In this document: positions 25,909 through 32,000 of the stretch, piece after piece
Numbering within the stretch: the stretch's first letter is position 1
Layout: each line of letters opens with the position of its first letter
From: Clostridia bacterium
Lineage (GTDB): Bacteria > Bacillota > Clostridia > TANB77 > CAG-508
Assembly (NCBI GenBank): GCA_017404545.1
Contig: JAFRCC010000005.1
Span: forward strand, 38,227 to 70,226
DNA: 32,000 nucleotides
Reading direction: 5' to 3'
Notes under the pieces: generated by a model
Seen by the model: the letters and a program-made list of their open reading frames with translations, nothing else
Database searches by the model: none
What the model was told of the DNA's origin: nothing
Made by a program: the position numbers and the translations under genes

Positions 25909-25974
25909 ATAGGAAAAATGAAGTCTGCTAGTTATATTAGCAGACTTTAATAATAAATAGAAGTATAGGGGAGT

Positions 25975-26489
25975 ATGGAAATGCTAAAAGTTATTGATGG
26001 AGATATAATTGAAAATGCAAAAAAATACAATGTTGATGCAATAGTTAATCCCGCGAATCGATACATGGATTTTCGGAAGTGGTGTATGTGGTGCTATATA
26101 TGATGCAGCTCGGAGTTGAGCAAATTGAAAATTATTGTCACTTTAGATGGCAAAAAGAGATGAATGTTAATGAAATTAGAATTACTACAGGATTTGCTTT
26201 ATTAAAAGATATAATACATATATATGCACCAATTTATAATCAAGAGAAGGAACCACTAAACAAGCTAAAAGAATCATATTTAACGTTATTTGAAGTTGTA
26301 AGAAAGGAAAAGTACAGTAAAGTGATTATTCCTTCAATAGCTACAGGATTTCATTGCTATAGACATGAAGATGTTGCAGAATTAGTTATAAACCTTTTAG
26401 AAATATTTTGTAGCAACAACGAAGACATAGATATTATATTTAATTTATATGACGAAAAAACAAAGTGTATATATGAGCAATATTTGTAG
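25975..26489 (+). pseudogene. Macro-domain (ADP-ribose binding/hydrolase) gene disrupted by two frameshifts
   Basis: Frame 1: MEMLKVIDGDIIENAKKYNVDAIVNPANRYMD. Frame 2: GSGVCGAIYDAA. Frame 0: GVEQIENYC…IRITTGFALLKDIIHIYAPIY…VIIPSIATGFHCY. Together these give the macro-domain motifs (N-x-A-N, G-x-G-V-x-x-A-I). The breaks lie near 26068-26075 and 26106-26120. Confidence 0.7.
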
Positions 26490-26633
26490 ACAAAACATTG
26501 TATTAAGTTTGAAATCAGGCATTTATTTTCGTAAAATATTATAAAAAGAATTGTTGAAATAGCTGATATTATAATGATTTCAAATGACGAAAAAAAACAG
26601 GCAATATCCTTGTTGAGATACATATTGTGAAGA

Positions 26634-26667
26634 AAGTATAGAGCGTGCAAAACTCTATACTTTTTTT
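26634..26667. terminator. Hairpin terminator between the macro-domain remnant and the serine recombinase remnant
   Basis: AAGTATAGAG (26634-26643) / CTCTATACTT (26653-26662) followed by T7. It overlaps the recombinase stop. Confidence 0.65.
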
Positions 26668-27364
26668 AACTCATGTTTATATTTATAGTATGTATTTCTT
26701 GAAATACTAGCTAGCTTTCGACATTCTTCATCATTCAAAGTACCATCAAAATGTTTAGAATGCTTTAGAATGATAGCTTTAGCTTCTTTCGATTTTTTTG
26801 TTGTTAGTTTAGAACCTAATTTTTGACCGATTTGCTTTCCACTAAGCTTTGCCGTTAGAATTCCTTCCTTAGTTCTTTGATGCAGGTCTTGAACTTCTTT
26901 TTCTGCTTGTTCAAATGCTAATTTAATTTGCTCTTTTGCAATATCAATTGAATATTCTTTTACTGCATCAATAACAGCATTAACAAATTTGTCAGTAGAT
27001 TCACTACCTGTTTCAAGCCTAAAATCAATCTGTTTTTGTATTTGTTGCTTGAAAACATCCGTATTGATGTGAGGCTCTTTTAAAAACACAAGCGATATAT
27101 TTTTATTATAAAGCTCTTCGTACAAATTACAGCCTTCTTCACTGTTTCTACTCATTCTAGATACACTGTCGAAAACTAAAGTATCACCTGTTTCTAATAT
27201 TTTTAGTAGATTCTCAAACTCCTTACGACCGTTCTAGTTTTGTTCCGTGTATAAGTTTCTTGAATAATATAAGCATTCGGATATTTATTTAGAATATTAC
27301 GAACTTGACGTTCAATATTTTGTTTCTTTGTGCTTATACGAGCAACACCATACTCTTTAGACAT
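26655..27364 (-). pseudogene. Serine recombinase (resolvase/invertase family) disrupted near codon 40
   Basis: The minus-strand ATG (27364) opens MSKEYGVARISTKKQNIERQVRNILNKYPNAYIIQETYT (catalytic Ser context). The frame breaks around 27215-27250 (fragments GTKLER and KEFENLLKILETGDTLVFDSVSRMSRN lie in other frames). It continues as the 166-aa track ORF 26655-27155. Confidence 0.7.
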
Positions 27365-27416
27365 TTTATATTCAACATCCTTTCTTAATCGTAGTATAAC
27401 TAACCTTCATTAAATT

Positions 27417-27430
27417 TAATACTAGTATTA
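27417..27430. repeat. Perfect 14-bp palindrome TAATACTAGTATTA upstream of the recombinase remnant
   Basis: Read directly from the sequence. Candidate recombinase crossover site or operator. Confidence 0.4.
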
Positions 27431-27550
27431 TATCTCCAGATGTTTAATTTTTCAAAACTTTTAATACTTTTTTTATAAAGGTTAATTTTAATATTAAATG
27501 TCACTGATGCAATAAAAGTAAGATGTTGCTTTGTATGATATTCGACAATG

Positions 27551-28288
27551 TTATTGCCCAAAATATTGATAAAAAATACTATTTAGATAGTCAAATAAAA
27601 AGTGTTCCTCGAGTAGTTTCATGTCATTTATAAACGAAGAAATTAAGTCTTGAATGTCTTTATGTAATACTTCTTTGAATTCTAGACAAACAATTTTGGA
27701 ATCACTACTTGGAATTAATAATTTTTTATATTCTGACTTATATGTATTAAAGTCTTCAGAATAACATAAACAATTAGATATTTGACTTGCATAGTAAATA
27801 AATGAATTCATTAAGTTTTTATCTTTAATTACAGAGTTTATTACTGTAAAAAAATCAACGGAAACAAGTCTGTTATCACGAGGGTCTTCAAATAGTCTTG
27901 GTGGCTTATAAGCTTTGTGCTCTTTGTATATACGCTCAAGTGCATCTTCTGAGAATCCTTTTTCTTTAAGTTGTGCTAGAAATTTTTTGTATTCATTTCT
28001 TTCAGTCAGTAATTCATCTACAGTTATATTGAAAATAGTAGATAATTTTAAAAGATGTTCAATAGATGGAAAACATTCACCAGAACGCCAACGAAAAACA
28101 GAATTTTTCGTAGTACCCACTAAGTTTGCAATACTTATATTTATCTCATCATCAGTATGTTTTGCCTCTTTATTTTCTTCTCTAGCATAATAGTTTTCTT
28201 CATATATGCTAATACATTTTTCCAAGTTATTTTTAAAGTTTGTTTGAATTTCTGTAGAAACTGTACTTCTATATTCTTTTGACATTGT
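27551..28288 (-). CDS. XRE-family HTH regulator with ~150-aa C-terminal domain (candidate island master repressor)
   Basis: …IANLVGTTKNSVFRWRSGECFPSIEHLLKLSTIFNITVDELL is an XRE-type HTH. The start is placed at MSKEY (ATG 28288) rather than the track start at 28336. It is divergent from the rep-xis-int block. Confidence 0.75.
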   Translation of the reverse strand, partial: TMSKEYRSTVSTEIQTNFKNNLEKCISIYEENYYAREENKEAKHTDDEINISIANLVGTTKNSVFRWRSGECFPSIEHLLKLSTIFNITVDELLTERNEYKKFLAQLKEKGFSEDALERIYKEHKAYKPPRLFEDPRDNRLVSVDFFTVINSVIKDKNLMNSFIYYASQISNCLCYSEDFNTYKSEYKKLLIPSSDSKIVCLEFKEVLHKDIQDLISSFINDMKLLEEHFLFDYLNSIFYQYFGQ

Positions 28289-28558
28289 ATAATCACTCCT
28301 GAATAATGAAAAAACAAGCAAAATTCTAGTATACAATATTCAGACATAAATGTATCTAAATTACGCGTAAAAAATGCTAATGTTTTTTCTAATTTTTCTA
28401 CGTGTATATCTATTTACTAAAATTCATTAACGTGATTATAATTACGACAATTCGAGCTAATGAATTTACAATAAAACGTAGCAATTTAATTGTAGCATAA
28501 ATACTTCATTAAAAGAAGCTTTTATACATCATTAGACGAAAAAAAAACGATGGCTGGG

Positions 28559-28594
28559 TTTGAAAAAAATGCCAATCGCTTTTTGAAAAAATGC
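28559..28594 (+). repeat. Tandem TTGAAAAAA(A)TGC motifs in the divergent regulatory region
   Basis: TTTGAAAAAAATGCCAA (28559-28575) and TTGAAAAAATGCAACAA (28583-28599). The exact 12-mer TTGAAAAAATGC recurs at 31905-31916 next to attR. Confidence 0.45.
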
Positions 28595-28743
28595 AACAAA
28601 ACGCAGATATAATTCTGTGTTTATTTGCTGAACGCTTATTTACATTAGCTATTATAATTTAAACTAGTTTTAAAGTCAATAAATTTAGTTAATGTTTATA
28701 AAATAAGTGAGAAACGAGAAAAAAGGGATGGAGGTGAAATAAA

Positions 28744-29061
28744 ATGATTAGTCAATCAGAAATTATTCTGAAGGGAATGGAAAAAATTGATAGTTACAAT
28801 TTCGTAAAATACGGACAGGAATTTCAAGTGAAAGAAAAACTCGAAGTGACTTTTGATGAAATAATAATTGATGAAGAGACTAAAGCAGAAACTAGAAAAG
28901 AGCAAAAAATTAGATTTATAACAGAAGAATCAGATGTTTTTAAAGAATTTTCTGCTTTAAATATTGGTAGTAGAGCAATACTAAAAGTAGATTTTGAAAG
29001 CGAAATTTGGAAAAAGCAAGAAAAAGTAAGAATAAAATTTCTAGCTTTAGAAAAAATCTAA
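28744..29061 (+). CDS. Hypothetical protein (105 aa), first gene of the rep-xis-int block
   Basis: GGATGGAGGTG SD. No motif recognised. Its size and its position just upstream of the Rep gene are the only context. Confidence 0.6.
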   Translation: MISQSEIILKGMEKIDSYNFVKYGQEFQVKEKLEVTFDEIIIDEETKAETRKEQKIRFITEESDVFKEFSALNIGSRAILKVDFESEIWKKQEKVRIKFLALEKI

Positions 29062-29164
29062 ATAAAAATGGCTTTTTCACAATTATATTTAAGTGAGAAA
29101 GCTATTTTGTTTTTTTATTAACTTGATTAATATACGCAACATCAGAAAAAAAGGAGGAGTATAT

Positions 29165-29392
29165 ATGGCTGATATCGTATTTGAGAGTGGAGAAAATAGA
29201 GCTATTAATGGAAATGAAGAAGTTAAATTAGTTGAATATGAAAACACAAAGAACATAGATATCATGCATTCAACAATAAAAAATAACAATTTGAAAAAAA
29301 TGATAAAAATTAGCAAGTACAGATATAAGGATTCTGAGACGGGCAAAATCTACAAGTATAAACTTAATAAAAAAAAAGAAATGAGGGTTTAA
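29165..29392 (+). CDS. N-terminal portion of the rolling-circle Rep (separated from the catalytic part by a frameshift in an A9 tract)
   Basis: AAGGAGG SD, then MADIVFESGENRAING…KYRYKDSETGKIYKYKLNKKK. The ORF ends 9 nt before the next ORF, whose frame is already open from 29371. Confidence 0.5.
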   Translation: MADIVFESGENRAINGNEEVKLVEYENTKNIDIMHSTIKNNNLKKMIKISKYRYKDSETGKIYKYKLNKKKEMRV

Positions 29393-29400
29393 GAAAAGCA

Positions 29401-30045
29401 ATGAAAAAATTAGAAAAAATATTAAAAAATAATTTTGAAGGTAATAAGAATGAATTATTTGTTACATTAACAACAGCAAATGATGTGACTGATATAGAAC
29501 TTATAAAGAAATACTTTAAAAGTTTTATATACAGGTTAAAAAAATATAACAATAATATTGAGTATGTCTATGTTATTGAAAAAAACAGTAATAGAAATAG
29601 CTGGCATATTCATGCAATGCTAAAAGATACAAAAAGAAAAAACTTATACATATCGAATGAAATTATAGAAGGGTTATGGAGGATGGGGCAGACTAAAACA
29701 AGTCGAATTAGCAATAGGTGTGTAGAAAAAGAAATAGACGAAGATAACGATATAAAAAATAAAAAAGTAGATAATGAATATGGAATAGACAGAGTAATAT
29801 CATACATGACAAAGATAAGAACAAAAGAAGCAATAAAAATCGGTACGAAGTCTTATTTTAAAAGCCGAGGTATAAAAATTCCAAGAGTTGAAAAAGCTGT
29901 ATATAGTGATGTAGAAAAGAGAATGAATAATAATTATTATTTAAAAAATGAAAATACATTACTGCTAAAAGATAAGTCAACAGGAAAGATTATAGGAAAA
30001 ATAAAAAAAGAAAGCTGGAGAAGAATTAAAGGAAAGAAGAAATAA
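29401..30045 (+). CDS. Rolling-circle replication initiator / HUH-type Rep (catalytic part)
   Basis: RCR motif I LFVTLT, motif II (HUH) WHIHAML, motif III Tyr region VISYMTK. Confidence 0.7.
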   Translation: MKKLEKILKNNFEGNKNELFVTLTTANDVTDIELIKKYFKSFIYRLKKYNNNIEYVYVIEKNSNRNSWHIHAMLKDTKRKNLYISNEIIEGLWRMGQTKTSRISNRCVEKEIDEDNDIKNKKVDNEYGIDRVISYMTKIRTKEAIKIGTKSYFKSRGIKIPRVEKAVYSDVEKRMNNNYYLKNENTLLLKDKSTGKIIGKIKKESWRRIKGKKK

Positions 30046-30121
30046 CTGCACATATAGTGACTTTACAAATATACAAAAATAATATATGATAAAACGAAAT
30101 TTTATCAAGAAAGAGGAAAAA

Positions 30122-30307
30122 ATGTACAAATTAGGTAAGATTGTAATGTATGATGCAAAAGATATATGTGATGCTTTTCATGTAACAAGTGTTACTGCAT
30201 ATAGAATTTTTGATATGCCACAAGCTAAGTCAGTGAAAATTGGCAAGAAGAAGCTAATATCAGAAGATAATCTACTAAGTATTTTAAATAGCAGATGTAC
30301 AATATAA
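30122..30307 (+). CDS. xis: Excisionase-like (MerR/HTH_17-type) small DNA-binding protein
   Basis: MYKLGKIVMYDAKDICDAFHVTSVTAYRIFDMPQAKSVKIGKKKLISEDNLLSIL fits the excisionase-family HTH. It lies immediately upstream of int. The start is taken at ATG 30122 (GAGG SD), not the track start at 30086. Confidence 0.65.
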   Translation: MYKLGKIVMYDAKDICDAFHVTSVTAYRIFDMPQAKSVKIGKKKLISEDNLLSILNSRCTI

Positions 30308-30466
30308 AAATTGAGAGATTTACAATGTGCATTAAGTAAATCTCTCTCAAATAAGTTGCTCAGACTTATTTATATATGCAAGAATATCTTGCATGCATAT
30401 TATAATAAAAAACGCTTGATACGGCAAGGTATTCTTCAAAAAAATACAAAACAAGGAGAATACAAA

Positions 30467-31806
30467 ATGAACTCTAACAACAAGGAATACAAGATAGGGA
30501 CATATGTAAATAAAAAGGTTCGACAAAAAAGACTTGAAAAAATGTGTCCAGTATGTAAAAAATGCCCCAATAAAAGCTTTTGCAAGCATAGAAAAAATGT
30601 GAAATTGATGCGAAAATGTGAAAATTGTAAGGAATGTAATGATAAAGAACATTGTGATGTTTTTTACATTAATATACAGCATAAAATTACAATACCTGTG
30701 GCCTTTGATGACGAAAATGGTAAGATAATTCGAAAGTCGTTTTCTGGAAAATCAAGTAACGAAGCAATATATAATTCCGAAAAATATAAAAAAGACATAG
30801 AGAGCGGAATTATCAAACCGAAGTTGAAGAAGACAATTAATTCAATTGTTACAATTATAGAAAAATTTGAAGAATATAAAAACAGGGGACGGAGATACAA
30901 ATGACAATACATTTAAAACTAATATGGATACGTTAAATAGGATAAAATCTAACGCATGGGCATTTCTTCCAATAAAAAAAGTAAAAAGAGAACAGATTCA
31001 AAATTTTCTTTTTAGTGAAAGAGAGGCTGGACAATCAAATTCAGTTATAAAAAAGGATTTTCAAATGCTAAAAAAAGCTTTTGACATTGCAAAATACGAA
31101 AAATATATTATAGAAAGCTTTTTTGATGGACCGTATGGAATTAAGCCACCTAAAAGTTTGAAGAAAGACCAAAAGACGGAGGCTTTCTCTCATCATGAAA
31201 ACGAAAGGTTATTACGATACTTATACACACATCAAGTTAATCATAAAAACGAGTATTTATTGTGCTTTCATACTCGGACTTAGGATTGGAGAGGTATTGG
31301 CTTTAGAAGTTAAGGATATTGACTTTGAAAATAATTGTATTCATATATCAAGAACAACAACGAGAGATAAAGAAGGCCATGTTATTTTAGGTCCATGCCC
31401 AAAAACAGGGAATGGGGAGAGAGATATTATTATCACAGAATTGATAAGACCAATTCTAAAGGATGCAATTACTAACAGAAATTACAGCGCTGAAGGACTT
31501 CTATTTTGTAAAACTGATGGAAGTGTATACACAGATAGTGCATTAAATTCGTGCTTAAAGAGAGTATGTGAAAAGGCTGGAATAGAGACCAGAGCACACA
31601 ATCATAGATTAAGAAAGAATTTTAACACTAGAGGAGTTGAAGCTGGAGTCGACTATAAAGTTTTAGAAGATAATGCAGGACATTCAGATATTCATATTCT
31701 TTTAGATACATATGTAGATGCACAAAGACAATTTAAAGAGCAAGAAATGCAAAAGTATGTCGAAGCTGTTAAAAATATAGTTGGTGATGTATTGACACAA
31801 ACATAA
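30467..31806 (+). pseudogene. int: Tyrosine site-specific integrase split into three frames by two frameshifts
   Basis: Piece 1 (30467-30904) is the arm-binding-type N-domain, …ITIPVAFDDENGKIIRKSFSGKSSNEA. Piece 2 (to 31283) is the core-binding region. Piece 3 (to 31806) carries catalytic GLRIGEVLAL (Arg), HNHRLRKNF (H-x-x-R) and GHSDIHILLDTY (His…Tyr). The breaks lie near 30878-30904 and 31240-31283. Confidence 0.8.
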
Positions 31807-31810
31807 GAAT

Positions 31811-31926
31811 TTAAATGCAGGAAAACATATGAAAGTGCCCAAAAATATACGGAAGAGATAGGAAATGACAAAATAGCTATATTTTCTAGAATAGATTTCT
31901 AAAATTGAAAAAATGCCTGCATTTAA
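31811..31926. repeat. 11-bp perfect inverted repeat TTAAATGCAGG … CCTGCATTTAA bracketing the attR-proximal arm
   Basis: Arms at 31811-31821 and 31916-31926. They enclose a TTCTAGAA copy (31884-31891) and TTGAAAAAATGC (31905-31916). Confidence 0.5.
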
Positions 31927-31960
31927 GTAATAGTAATGCTTTAGTAAAATGACTAAAATC

Positions 31961-31973
31961 TCACCTCGACCAT
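31961..31973 (+). repeat. attR core (direct repeat of the tRNA-Pro 3' end)
   Basis: TCACCTCGACCAT, identical to 20782-20794. Confidence 0.8.
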
Positions 31974-32000
31974 ATTTTAGCTATTTTTAAGAGAATTCAT

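Larger units (their letters stand above)
20782..31973. mobile_element. ~11.2 kb integrated genomic island (decayed integrative/mobilizable-type element) in the tRNA-Pro 3' end
   Basis: The 13-bp direct repeat TCACCTCGACCAT occurs at the tRNA 3' end (20782-20794) and at 31961-31973. A tyrosine integrase, Xis-like HTH and RCR Rep sit at the right end, and arm-type repeats lie next to both att sites. Confidence 0.8.

Noticed and set aside
28744-29061. Calling the 105-aa ORF upstream of Rep a HelP/DUF961-type helicase processivity factor or an ssDNA-binding protein.
   Set aside because: Only its size and position suggest it. I see no sequence resemblance that I can defend by eye, so it stays hypothetical.
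30311-30466. The N-terminal extension of the first integrase ORF (MRDLQCALSK…).
   Set aside because: This stretch covers an 11-bp perfect hairpin (GAGAGATTTAC/GTAAATCTCTC, 30313-30346), a TGCAAGA/TCTTGCA palindrome and a TATAAT-like element, i.e. regulatory DNA. ATG 30467 has an AAGGAGA SD.
6757-31973. The gyrB-gyrA VirB4 cassette and the tRNA-Pro island as two parts of one ICE.
   Set aside because: They are separated by ~10 kb of core genes (gyrA, helicase-loading genes, VanW, aminopeptidase and others). The island has its own complete att boundaries, and no coupling protein or channel genes exist in either part.
20782-31973. The island as a prophage or phage satellite.
   Set aside because: No capsid, portal, terminase, tail or lysis genes are visible, and no packaging-related small terminase. 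The gene order (regulator | rep-xis-int in one direction) does not match the classical SaPI/PICI layout, so a satellite origin cannot be supported from sequence alone.

Overview
Replication-origin region of a very low-GC Firmicute (Clostridia/Tissierellia-like; the taxon cannot be fixed without a search). The core backbone runs rnpA<-rpmH<- | DnaA-box cluster | dnaA | oriC (DnaA boxes, (TAG)6 DnaA-trio array, A/T-rich unwinding stretch) | dnaN | recF | gyrB ... gyrA. It continues with minus-strand DnaB/DnaD-like and DnaI/DnaC-like helicase-loading genes, a VanW/G5 envelope protein, an M18 aminopeptidase, a phosphodiester glycosidase and tRNA-Pro(UGG). Two accessory insertions stand out. (1) A ~4.4 kb, visibly more A/T-rich four-ORF cassette sits between gyrB and gyrA. 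It encodes a split VirB4/TraC-type ATPase, a receiver-like + ParA/MinD-type ATPase with a degenerate Walker A, and an orphan helical protein. No other T4SS, relaxase or integrase genes are present, and this is my top candidate for an undescribed system. (2) An ~11.2 kb island is integrated in the 3' end of tRNA-Pro, bounded by a 13-bp direct repeat, with TTCTAGAA arm-type repeats. It carries xis-int, a rolling-circle Rep, two XRE regulators, a serine recombinase and a macro-domain gene. Every enzymatic mobility gene is frameshifted, while an operon of four membrane-anchored proteins (a TM-anchored cyclophilin and two zinc-ribbon/TM proteins among them) is intact. No CRISPR array or rRNA was seen. 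All homology calls come from motif recognition by eye; no database search or folding program was available.
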